Below, one piece after another: positions 1-11,754 of a DNA stretch of 64,000 bases (its first letter is position 1; the number at the start of each line of letters is the position of its first letter). The notes under the pieces were generated by a model. That model was not told where the DNA came from, searched no databases, and saw nothing but the letters and a program-made list of their open reading frames with translations. The stretch spans positions 1-64,000 of the forward strand of contig MU054032.1 of assembly GCA_013239625.1 (NCBI GenBank), read 5' to 3'. The stretch is from Lama guanicoe. Its lineage: Eukaryota. The position numbers were made by a program, and so were the translations under genes.

Positions 1-559
1 TTTGCCACATTCCTGTGGGAATGGTGGACACAGGCCCTGCTGACTTTCACAGCTCAGTGACCTGGAGCTCACCCCTTGGATGGAAGCCTTAAAGTTGAGG
101 AGGGTGTGAGTTGTTCAGTTTAGACCCCTCGCTCCACAGGGAGAAGCTGGGAGTTGGGGGGCCCCTCAATTGCAGGGCACTGCGCTGGGGGTGGGGTTGA
201 TGGTGGGGATGTGCCTTTCCTACCCCTTCTGATGTGGGTGTTTTCTGTTACGCGATGTGTAGGAACCACTGAGCCAGGATCTGGGTTTCTCTCAGAGGCA
301 ATTGCTACATGAAAAGCCATGTACTCTGTGCCTCTGTGGTAGAAGGGAAATTCGGGAGCCTCCAAGTTACCATCTTTGTCCTTCTAACTTTTTTCTTGAA
401 CTCCAGACCCATATCTCCAACTGTGCTTTTGACAGTTCTATTCGGACGTGTAATAGCACCTCAAACCTCGCTCGTCTGAGGTAAAGCTCGCCCTTGCTTT
501 CCCGCCCCTAAAGCCTGCACCTCCCGTGGTGCCCATCTTCAGTGACCAGAAATCCCAAT

Positions 560-1080
560 TGTTACTGAGTCCAAATTCGTTCTGCTCGCCACACGACAGG
601 CCAATAAAATGGGAGATAAAGTGTTGGGGCAAAGAATAGCGACTTTATTCGGTAAGCTGGCCAACCAAGAGGTTGGCAGACTAATGTCTTGGAGAACCAT
701 CCTACTCCAGTCAGAGTACAGTCTCCTTTTATACAGAAAAATAGGGGAGGCAGTGTGGATGTTGCAAAGTTCTCGCTGCAGGAAGTCTTTGTTCCTGCAG
801 CCGTCCATGTGGGTCAGGCCATGGTGTCCCTGTAAACCTCCAACAAAACAAAGGTTATTTTCTGTTTTGCAATTTACCATCTCTACATAAATGCAGAAAT
901 GCTAACATCCTTAAAGGTCAGAGTCCCGAGAATAGGCTCTCCTATACATTTCAGGCTAAAGGCAACACTGCTTTACAAAAGGTGCAGAGCTAGCAAGACG
1001 AAGCCTGGAAAACAAGGCACAGTGGTGAAAGCCACAGGAACAGATCCAACATGGAGTCCCATTTGTTCTTTTCCGTTACA
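560..1080 (-). mobile_element. ERV LTR (family not determined)
   Basis: TGT...ACA termini. Minus-strand TATAAAA at 727-733 and AATAAA at 644-649 are in LTR order. No target-site duplication seen. Confidence 0.7.
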
Positions 1081-1243
1081 GAGGGACACGGCGACAGCCT
1101 CCTGGCAGTTGGCCGGAGGCGTGGCCTGCTGAGAGCAGCCTGGTGATTGGCCGGACAGGACGCAGGGGTCACAGGGAGGCATTGTGATGCACCACGGGCG
1201 GTTATAAAAGCCGGCGCCGCTGCCAAGGTGAGCCATAGCAGAG

Positions 1244-1781
1244 ATGGCCTTTCTGGTTCTCCTGCTACTTGTGGCCACGTCCTCGACCGCCTTCTCCACA
1301 CCCACCTCTGACACACTCCATGCCCATTCCTCTTGCCCCGGGCCCCTCACCCACACCGAGCACCCTACTCCCACGCTAGGGTCCGCCTTCGGGCCCCTCT
1401 GCGGGCCAGCAAGCCCGCGTACCCGCAGCCGGCGCCTCCTGTACCGGCATGGGCTGGCCTGGCTCCTCTCCTGGTTCCAGCCCCATGGTGGGGGATCGGG
1501 CACCAACAAGACCACAGCAAACCCCTGCCCATCCTGGGACTGTCCCTCCCAGGCCTCTGCTGTCCCAACACGGCTTTACACCAGCCAGCCGAGTGACCAC
1601 GGAGACACACTGGACAGAGGGCAGCTGCTGACTCCTGTGCCGCACTTCCCAGGACCTCCTCCAACTGAGCCGCGGGTATCCGGCCCCAAGCCTCATGTGG
1701 ACGCAGTGCGCGTCATCCTTTGCCTCTGGCCGTCGGCACCTCTGCCGGTCCCGGGTCAGCTGGCAGGAAGAGGCTGCTATA
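1244..1781 (+). CDS. Candidate unannotated secreted-protein ORF, runs into the assembly gap
   Basis: ATG in good Kozak context (GAGATGG) about 40 nt after TATAAAA. N-terminus MAFLVLLLLVATSSTAFS is signal-peptide-like. At least 179 codons are open. No homolog recognised. Confidence 0.3.
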
Positions 1782-2315
1782 NNNNNNNNNNNNNNNNNNN
1801 NNNNNNNNNNNNNNNNNNNNNNNNNNNNNNNNNNNNNNNNNNNNNNNNNNNNNNNNNNNNNNNNNNNNNNNNNNNNNNNNNNNNNNNNNNNNNNNNNNNN
1901 NNNNNNNNNNNNNNNNNNNNNNNNNNNNNNNNNNNNNNNNNNNNNNNNNNNNNNNNNNNNNNNNNNNNNNNNNNNNNNNNNNNNNNNNNNNNNNNNNNNN
2001 NNNNNNNNNNNNNNNNNNNNNNNNNNNNNNNNNNNNNNNNNNNNNNNNNNNNNNNNNNNNNNNNNNNNNNNNNNNNNNNNNNNNNNNNNNNNNNNNNNNN
2101 NNNNNNNNNNNNNNNNNNNNNNNNNNNNNNNNNNNNNNNNNNNNNNNNNNNNNNNNNNNNNNNNNNNNNNNNNNNNNNNNNNNNNNNNNNNNNNNNNNNN
2201 NNNNNNNNNNNNNNNNNNNNNNNNNNNNNNNNNNNNNNNNNNNNNNNNNNNNNNNNNNNNNNNNNNNNNNNNNNNNNNNNNNNNNNNNNNNNNNNNNNNN
2301 NNNNNNNNNNNNNNN
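1782..2315. other. Assembly gap (534 N)
   Basis: Run of N. Confidence 1.
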
Positions 2316-4089
2316 GGGGGGCATGGGAGGAGAGCTTCCCATGTATGTGGATTGTCAATAAATAACGTGTTGGAATGCAAAACGTGTCCACGAGTGATGG
2401 GGGCCCCGGGAACCGCATCGCACAGAGTCCTCACACCCTTCAGCGGGCTGGTGTCCACTAGGCAGGTGCCTCCGTGGTTGTGAACTACAGAGCCAGCACC
2501 ACGACACCCTGCCCGACCTCCTGGTGCCAGCGCCGAGCGGGGTGCCTTTGGACGGAGAGAAACCAGCTGGCAGGTCTGCTCCCGGTGTTTCTCCAAAGAC
2601 TGCTTCCGGCCTGAGGCAGCCAGTTGGTCGCAAAACTTAGGTTTCCACCTGACGTTCTGGCTCTGCCCTCCAGCCACGGCGGCAGTGCCCCTCCACCCCA
2701 GGGTCCTGCATGGGGCAGGCCTCGGATGATCGATCACGGGGGAGGGACCAGAGGCAGGAGCTCTACTCTCTGCTGCTGGGTGGGGGCACGGGGAGAGGGG
2801 GCGCAGACAGCTGGCCATGCGCTTAGAGCCACAGAAGACCTACAGGACTGGGGGCGGACTTGCTCTGGCTGCTCTAGGTTGGAGGAGCAGGGCTGGCTGG
2901 ACAGAGCAAGGCAGAGCAGCTTTCAGGTGGGAACTGGGAGACCAGAGGGTGCTGGCGGACGTGGAGGGAAGTGGCTGCTTCCAAGAGGCGGAGCTGAGAA
3001 TCGGTGATTAGTAGGGCACTGAGGGACTGCGGGGCGGCAGCTCAGGTGGGGTGGGATCCATCTCCCAGGAGCCACCCCAGCAGAGTCCCCTCTCACGTCC
3101 TCGACCAGCTGCGAGACCAGAGAGTGACCGAGTCAGTGTCCTCTGATCCCGAGGGGGCAACACGGCCCACCTGGCCGGGCGCTCCTCGCAGCAGAGTCTG
3201 ACATAAACCTGAGGTTGGTCACAATGGGACGAAACAGCACTGAGTTTCACAGAGTTGACAAAACGTCTTACACACATGAGTCTAACTAGTCACCAAAATT
3301 TATCACTGTCCTTTGTGCATACATCAGTACACAGTTTCTATGCCAGTATAAATAATAGCCCAGCACCTAATGCAGTTTCAAAAAGCAGTTACTTGTAGTT
3401 AATTTATATTACAGTTATTCATGAAAATAACACAGATTAGTGGGAAAGAGTCAGTGGCTTCCAGATTTAAATAAAAATAGAAATCTTTACTATTAGAGCA
3501 AGAGAAGTTTAGAGATTAGAAAAAATAAGATTTTTTAAAAAGATTAGAGGTTAGAGATCTCTAGATTAGACCGCAATGAAATGTACACACATGATTTATA
3601 AATAAATGATAAGGTGACGTCTCTGCCCATAAAGATATTCAAACATAAATTACGTCCTGATAAATACCAATAAGGGAAAGAGAATGGAAACAGGAGTTCA
3701 GAGAGAGGAAAGATGCTAAACATTCAACTGTTGAGCAAGAGCTAATCATATGCTTATTTATATGAATGATCCTGGACACTGAATTTCTATGGATGGATGC
3801 TTTTAGAAGAGCAAAAAATAGACAGCAAGTATCTAATCTTGAATTAAAATATTTATATGCCACACTTTATAAAGAATAAAGAGGTTCATAGTTTTTCAAA
3901 ATTCATTAGAGAATTTTAATGCAAAACAGCCTGAAGACCACAGCTGAACCGGAAGGAAACTTGTTCCACTTATAACCTCCTTCCTATGGCCTTTTCGGTG
4001 GCCTGTACTGCTCGCACAGGCAGTGCTGTTATGCATGAGTACACATAAACCTGGATCAAACAACATCCATTCATTACACTTTTTTGAAC

Positions 4090-4590
4090 CACATATGAAA
4101 TAAAAATTGAAAGTGATATATGGTATTTTTCTTTCTTTTTCTGGCTTACTTCACTTAGAATGATGATCTCTAGGTCCATCTGTGTTGCTGCAAATGACAT
4201 TATTTTATTCTTTTTCATGGCAGAGTAGTATTCCATTGTATAAATATATCACAACATTTTTTAAAATTAAGTTACAGTCAGTTTACAATGTTGTGTCAAT
4301 TTCCAGTGTGGAGCACAGTTTTTTCAGTTATACATGAACATACATATATTCATTGTCTCATTCTTTTTCACCATGAGCTACCACAAGATCTTATATATAT
4401 TTTCCTGTGCTATACAGTATAATCTTGTTTATCTATTCTATATATACCTGTCAGTATCTACAAATTTCAAACTCCCAGTCTGTCCCTTCCCACCTCCCTC
4501 CACCTGGCAACCACAAGTTTGTATTCTATGTCTATGAGTCTGTTTCTGTTTTGTATTTATGTTCATTTGTCTTTTTCTTTTCTTTCTTTT
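4090..4590 (-). mobile_element. L1 3'-end fragments
   Basis: Antisense copies of the L1 ORF2 end/3'UTR (MEYYSA.KKN.IM.FAAT.MDLE.IILSEVSQ). Confidence 0.8.
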
Positions 4591-4689
4591 GCTATGTGGG
4601 CCCCAAACTCCATGAGGACAGAAACTCCTTTGTTCTCTTCATCTGGCTATTGATTTGTATTCTTTAATATATATATATATTTTGTAATA

Positions 4690-5005
4690 AATATATCTAT
4701 GACTTTCTTGAGTTCTGTGAGCCACTCTAGCAAATTAATTAAATACAAGGAGGGGTCATGGGACCCTCCAATCAGTAGCCAGTTGGTCAGGAGCACAAGT
4801 GAAAACATCAGCTAGTTATTGGCATCTAAATTGGACAGTCTTGTGGGTCTGCACTCTTAATCAGTGGAATCCGATGCTGTCTGTTGATTGGTAGTCAGAA
4901 CTGAGTTGAATTGTAGGACATCCAGCTGGGATAGGCAAATTGCTTGTTGTAAACAAACACACTCACACACACACACACACACACACATTGGAAATTGGGG
5001 TACAG
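4690..5005 (+). mobile_element. MER21-like LTR fragment with (CA)n
   Basis: TTTCTTGAGTTCTGTGAGCCACTCTAGCAAATTA...GTCAGAACTGAGTTGAATTGTAGGAC resembles the MER21 3' part (from memory). Confidence 0.55.
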
Positions 5006-5009
5006 AACA

Positions 5010-7284
5010 CTTTTAGCTGCATTATATGATAGCTCTATATTTAACTTTTTTGAGGAATAGCCATACTCTTTTTCAGACAATGATTGCAAAAGTTTACATT
5101 TCCATTAACGATGCACAAGTGTTCTTTTTCACCACATCCTAGCCAACACTCATCTTTTTCCTATTTAAAGTAGCTATTCTAACAGGTAAGACATGATAGA
5201 TAAGCTATCTCATGATGGTTTTTATTTGCATTTCCCTGATGATTAGTGATGTTGAGCAGTTCTTCAAATCTGGGCAATTTGTACGTAGTTGTTGGAGAAA
5301 AATGGCTATTCAGTTCCTCTGGCACCTTAAAAACAGATTATTTTATTTCCATTTGAATTATATGAGTTCCATATATATTTTGGATATTAAGCCCTTACCA
5401 GATACATGCTTTTCAAACATTTTCTCCCGTTCATAATTCGTCTTTTACTTTTTTGGTTGTATCTTTGTGCAGGTTTTTTTTTTTTAATATATAGCCTCCC
5501 TATTTATTCTTGTTATTGTTGCCTTTCCTTTCGGTGCCATATCCAAAAGAATCATTGGCAATACTGAAGTCAAAAAGCTTTCTTCCTCTTTTACTTTAGA
5601 AGTTTTAGAGTTTCATGTCATATTTAAGTATTTAATCCATTGCAAGTTTATTTTTGAGTGGTATAAGGTAGGGCTTTAATTTTATTCTTTTATATGTGAT
5701 TACCCAGTTTTCTCTACACCATTTATTGAATAGACTATTCTTTCCCCACTGAGTAAACTTGGCTCCACTGTCAAATATTACTTGATCACATGTGAGAGGG
5801 TTTATTTCCAAGCTCTCCATTCTGTTCCATTGGTCTCATGTGGCCAGTACCACAGGGTTTCAAATAGTATAGCTTCAAATCAGTTTGAAAGAAAGTGTGA
5901 TGCCTTCAGCTTCTTTCATGATTGCTTTGGCTATTCAGGGTCTTTTGTGGATCCACATCAATTTTAGGATTCTTTTTTTTTTTATGCTTCTGTGAAGCAT
6001 GCCACTGGAATTTTTGATAAAGGGTTCATTGAATCTATATATGACTTTGGGTAGTATGAACATTTTAACAATATTATTTCTTCCAATCCATGGACACAAG
6101 ATATCTTTTCATTTATTTGTGTCTTTCTCAGATAACTCACTGTTAGTGTATATAGATGCAGCTGATTCTGTACACTGATGTTCAACCCTGCAATTTTAAC
6201 CTTTGTTTATTAGTACCGTTTTTTGGTGGAATCTTTAGGATTTTTATATATGAGATAATATCATCTGCAAACAAAGATAGTTTTACTTCTTTCTTTCCAA
6301 TTCAGGTGCCTTTTCTTTCTTTTCCTTGACTAATTGCTCCGGCTAGGAATTTGCTTCCTTGTAGTTACCCTATCTGACTTTACTATCGAGATTATGCTGG
6401 CCTTATTAAATGAGTTTGGGAATGTTCACTCCTCTTTATTTTTTTAAAGTTTGAGGAGAATTGGTATTAATTCGTCTTTAAATTTTGGATAGAATTCACC
6501 AGTGAAGACATCTGGTCCTGGACTTCTCTTTGTTGGGAGATCTTTAATGATGATTAAGTCTCCTTAGACATTATTTATCTGTTCATTTTTTGTTTTTTGT
6601 TTTTTTGTTTGTTTCTTCATGGTTTAGTCTTGGTTAATTGTATGATTCCAGGAATTTATCTATTTCTTCTAGCTTAACCACTTTGTTGGTGTATAACTGC
6701 TCACAGTAGTTTCCTATGATCACTGTAGTTCTGTGGTATTCTTGTAATGTCTCTTCTTTCATTGTTGATTTTATTTATTTGAGACTTCTCTCTCTGTTTT
6801 TAGTTCTTATACTTAAAAGTTTTGTCAATATAAGAAATATTTTCAATAAAACCAGATTTTAGTTTCATTGATCTTTTCTATTGTTTTCTGGTCTCTTACT
6901 TATTTCTACTGTGATCTTTTTTTTATTTCTTTTCTTCTGCTAAATTTGTGCTTAGTTTCTTTGTTATTTAGTTAGTTACTTACTTACTTTGTTGTTTGTT
7001 GCTTAGTTTGTGATAAACTTCTTACAATTGCTTTTACTGCATCCTACAGGTTTTATTATATTGAATTTCCATTGTCATTTCTTTCAAGACATGTTTTAAT
7101 TTCTCTTTTTGTTTTTTCTTCTACCCAGAAGTGTGTTTCTTTTGTTCAGGAGTGTGTTATTTAATTTTTACATGTTTGGACTTTTCCAGTTTAGTTTCTA
7201 TCACTGATTTCTAGTCTTACACAATTTGTGCTTAGAGCATACACTTGGTATGATTTCAATCTTATTAAATTTTCTAAGAGTTAT
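5010..7284 (-). mobile_element. Older L1 (ORF2 region, antisense), resumes at about 10130-10325 after a nested insertion
   Basis: Degenerate ORF2 peptides (e.g. ORF 5632-5820). The sequence before 7285 and after 10130 is collinear L1. Confidence 0.75.
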
Positions 7285-10128
7285 TTTGTGTGTATATGCC
7301 ACATCTTTATTCATTCATCTGTTGATGGACCCTTAGGTTACTTCCATATCTTGGCTATTGTAAATAATGCTAGCGTGAACATTGGAATGCATGAAGCTTT
7401 TCAGTTTAGTATTTTTGTTTTTTTCAGATATGTACCCAGGAGTGGAGTTGCTGTATCATATGGTTGTTTTAGTTTTTTGAAAAACTTCCATACAGCTTTC
7501 CATAGTCGCTACACCAATTTATACCCTCTCGGAGGTAGGGCTCTTCCAATCCTGCCCATGGCTCGCTGATGGCTCAGGGGACTGCTTAAGGCTGCAGGGT
7601 GGCTCTGAGATGAGCTTCCCCTGCCGGGCTGGTGCCCTGGGTAACGTTCCTGCGGTCTTGGAGCTGGGTCCACCCCTGGCAGCAAGGCACAGACTGTGGG
7701 CCTCAAGGCTCCTGGAGGACAGGCAGGTCAGGCAGCAGCATAGGGGCATCCATCTGGATCTCACGCTGCAGGGACTCGACGTCTGCAGGGATCATGCCAT
7801 GGCCCTCAAGCCAGTCAGCAAGGAGGGAGGCCAAGAGCCGGCGAGTCGGCCTGGCCATCCTGGGGCCCATCAGCCACACCCACACCGAAAAAGTGGCTTA
7901 GGAATTCCTCCAGGTCAAGGCCAACACCCTAGCCAGCCCCACTGCCCTTTGGTGTGCCCGAGAACACAGGGGCAAGGGGTCCTCCACCTGCGACTTAGAC
8001 AGTAGCTGGGTCACCAGGTTGACTGTCGGGTGACTCTGAGGCGGAGGGCTGAGGGGGCCCCCAGGATCTTGAGGGGGTGGGCCAGAGGGGAAGTAAGGCA
8101 GAACACTCAGGGCGCTGGGGCCCGGTAGCCCGGGCGGGGGGATGGGATGGCACCAGCGACTGGGGGGCCAGGAGGCCGGAGGTGGTGGTGGCCTGGAGAA
8201 GGGCAGGCGCAGGCTGGGTGAGGTCAGGCAGGCTGTGGTGGGGGGCAGGCAGGAGGGCAGGGGTGCGCCAGGCTGCGGGGGGGAGGGTGGCTGGGGGCCG
8301 GGCCATGCAAGACAAGCAAGTCCAGCAGCCCAGCAGACAGCGGTCATTGTCGCTGAGCACCAGCCCTGCCAGAGGGTCGGCGGAGGGGCCCAAGGAGGCC
8401 CCTTGCGCTCCTGCTCCTGCCGCCGCCGCGGCCGCTTCTCCTCCCGCTCCAGCGGGTGTCACCGGCTTCCGAGGCTCAGGGGCCTCCAGGGGGGCGCTGG
8501 GGCCACCCGGAGCCAGCTCCTCAAAGACTTGAGCAGGGCAGCCTTGAGGGCTGCCTTGGTGTTGTCTGAGATCTCTTCTGAGGGGCTGGCTCACTGGCTG
8601 GCGGGAGGGGTCGGGGGTGGGGGGCGGCAGGCTCAGCTCAGTGATGTCAGGGAAGGGGTGTGGAGGTGGGGCTGGCGGAGGGGGGCAGTCACTCCACGGG
8701 GCAGTCCCCAGTGGGAGCCCAGGGACTGGTCATCTCAAGGTCCCGGCGGCCAGGCTCACTGGCCACAGTGTGTGAGGGGTCCCTTTTCTCCACATTAGTT
8801 TTTTGTGATTTTTGATAACAGCCATTCTGACAGATGTGAGGTGGTACCTCATTGTGCCTTGGATTTGCATTTCCCTGATGGTTAGTGATGCTGAGCATCT
8901 TTTCAGATGCCTGTTGGCCATCTGCACGTCTTCTTTGGGAGAAAAAAAAAAAAGTCTGTTCATATCTTATGCTCATTTAAAAAAATTTTTTTGAGTTGTA
9001 TGAACTGCTTGTATATTTTGAATTTTAACCCCTTATAAGTCATATTATTTGCAAGTATTTTCTCCTATTCAGTATTGTCTTTGGTTTTGTTGATGGTCGT
9101 CTTTTCTGTGCAAAAACTTTTAAGTTTAATTAGGTCCCATTTGGTTATTTTTGCCTTTATTTCCTTTGCTTTAGGAAACAGATAAAAGTATTGCTATGAT
9201 CTATGTCAAAGAATAGTCTGCCTATGTTTTCCTCTAGAAGCTTTATGGTTTCTGTTCCTACATTTAGGCTTTTAATCCACTTTAGTTTTTTTTAATTTTT
9301 GTATATGGTGTTAAGATAATATTATAGTATCATTCTTTTACAGGTAGCTGTCCAGTTTTCCAGCACCACTTACTGCAAGACTGTCTTTTTCCATTGTATA
9401 TTCTTGCTTCCTTTGTCAAAGATTAGTTGACTGTGGGTGTGTGTGTTTATTTCTGGGCTCTCTATTCTGTTCCATTGATCTGTGTGTCTGTTTTTGTGCC
9501 AGTTTTATACTGTTTTGATTATTGTAGATTTGTAGTAAAATTTAAAGTCAGGGAGTATGATTCCTCCAGCTCTGTTCTTCTTTCTCAAGATCGTTTTGGC
9601 TATTCAGGGTCTTTGCATTTCCATACAAATTTTAAAATTATTCTAATTCTCTGAAAGTTCCATGGAATATTACTTATCCATAAAAAAGAATGAAATTTTG
9701 CCATTTGCAACAACATGGATGGACTTGGAGGGTCTTATGCTAAGTAAAAGAAGTCAGACAGAGAAAGACAAATGCGTATGATATCACTTATATGTGAAAT
9801 CTGAAAATACAATAAATTGGTGAAGACAATAAGGAAGAATCAGACTCACAGATATAGAGAACAAACTAGCAGTTACCAGTGGGAACAGAGGAGGGGGAAA
9901 GGACAATATAGGGATGGAGCATTAAGAGGTACAAACTATTATGTATAAAATAAGCTACAAGAATATATTGTATGATGCGGGAAATATAGGTAATATTTTA
10001 TAATAACCATAAATAGAGTATAACCGTTACAAATTTTAAATTACTATGTTGTAAACCTGTAACTTATGTAATATTGTACATAAATTATACTTCAATTGAA
10101 AAAATGAGGCTGAGTTGTAAAAAAAAAA
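7285..10128 (+). mobile_element. 5'-inverted (twin-primed) L1 carrying the MAPK7 fragment
   Basis: Antisense L1 from 7285-9655, interrupted at 7531-8768. Sense L1 3' end from 9661-10128 ends in an A-tail. The two parts abut in L1 coordinates (...GTGGCATATACACAC / ATGGAATATTAC...). Confidence 0.75.
7531..8768 (-). pseudogene. MAPK7: Processed pseudogene fragment of MAPK7 (ERK5): C-terminal half plus part of the 3'UTR
   Basis: Minus-strand peptides VASEPG..., GPSAPLEAPEPRKPVT, DPLAGLVLSDNDR, LSKSQVEDPLP and ASLLADWLEGHGM.PAD.ESLQREIQMD.PMLL.DLP.LQEP* (stop at 7703) match the ERK5 C-terminus. The copy is intronless, has several frameshifts and lacks the kinase domain. Confidence 0.9.
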
Positions 10129-10973
10129 GACTATAATATCTATCTGGAGAATGTTTTGTTTTGTGTGTGTTCGACAAGAATATTCATTCTGCCTGTGTTG
10201 AAAGGAATGTTCTCTTTATGTCTGTCAGGTCAATTTGATCTAAAGTATAGTTCAAGTCCAATATTTCCTATTGCTTTTCGATCTTGATGATTTATTCATT
10301 ATTGAAAGTGAAGTACTGAAGTAGGAGAAATTATGAGCTGAAATGATCTCTCTTGGCCCTGAACTGTGCCACCTTGGGGAAGGGTTGATGTGGGTCAAGT
10401 CAAAATTTTCTTCTATCTCCAATGCATCCAAACTCATACTTTTTTGTTCCAGCACACTTCTCCATTCGAAACCTGGACTTCCAGATAGGCTCATTCATGT
10501 GTGAGTGATTGTCTGAGACAGGGTTCTCCAGGGGCTCCTGGATCATGGCTGGGAGGAACGGGAGCTAGTTCATGGACCACTTCAGGGTCAACAGCCAAGA
10601 TCAAGGTCTACAAGCCTATTATGCAATGTGCAGGTGGGCAAGGCTCCTCCTGGGTCCCATGGCATATGGTGCTGGATCCCATAACTCTCTCAAGGCACTT
10701 TAGTCTGTAAATAGATGCTAAATCTTTGTTGTTTGGAAGGGGCACATGAAGATGTCTTCCCCCCCTTGTAACCATAAGTTTGTTTTCTCTATCTGTGAAT
10801 CTTTTTCTGTTTTGTAAATAAGTTCATTTGTGTCTTTTTTTAGATTCTACATTTAAGTGATATCATTTGGCATTTTTCTTTCTCTTTCTGGCTTCACTTA
10901 GAATGACAATCTCCAGGTCCATCCATGCAAATGGCATTATTTCATTCCCTTTTATGGCTGAGTAGTATTCCAT

Positions 10974-10974
<1 letters not shown>

Positions 10975-11009
<35 letters not shown>

Positions 11010-11028
11010 GATAGATAGATAGATAGAT
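10975..11028. repeat. Compound microsatellite (GT)n(AGAT)n
   Basis: Seen directly. Confidence 0.95.
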
Positions 11029-11754
11029 AAATCTTCTTTATCCAGTGGATGAAGTATTCAACTACACAAAACAGTTCAGAGTTATTGAGTCATATTTGCA
11101 CTTTTAAATGCAAAGTAACCCTTCCAAAATGTTCAAAAGTTCAGAGCTGCAGAAGTCTTCATGCTGTACCCAAAGGCTAAGCAGCTCTGTGTGCCTGGGG
11201 TGCCAGAAATCATTCTTCTCTTGCTCATCCTCTTTCCCTTTCTTCCCTCTGCACTTCTCCACTTTCTTTGGCTTTCTCTCCCTTGCAGGCATTGTGCAAA
11301 TTAGAAAAAAAAAAAAAAAAAAAAAGTAATTAAAAAAGATAGACATTCTAACAAAAACTGTAATAGGTTTCTTTGGGAAAATAATGCAAAAATTATCTTC
11401 TATAATACATGTTCTATATATAACAAATGTGGAACATATATAGGTGAAGTATTGAGCCAGAATTTTATAATATTTAAAACTTCCAAGAATTTTTTCAGGT
11501 AAAATGAATAGCCTTATTTTACAGAAAAGGAAACAACATCTCTGAAATTAAATACATTGGACCATTTAATTTTCGGCCATTCAGCTATTAAGTGACATCT
11601 CATTCCAGTGCAGACCTTTCTGTCCTCAAATCTCATACTCCTGAGGGAATTCTGTGTTTCCAATCACTAACACTCACAGTTTCATAAATTGGTATAACAT
11701 TTCATGCCTCTGAAAACATTTTGAAAATTTCTCGAGGCCCACAGCTATCAAACC

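Noticed and set aside
1376..2818. Long ORFs spanning the N run
   Set aside because: Lengths are inflated by untranslatable Ns. Only the 1244 frame has supporting promoter and signal-peptide features.
7610..8798. Plus-strand ORFs of 130-218 aa
   Set aside because: Antisense frames of the GC-rich MAPK7 retrocopy.
11104..11346. Lys/Glu-rich small ORFs near an A-tract
   Set aside because: Low-complexity purine/pyrimidine tract with no recognisable homology or convincing exon boundaries.
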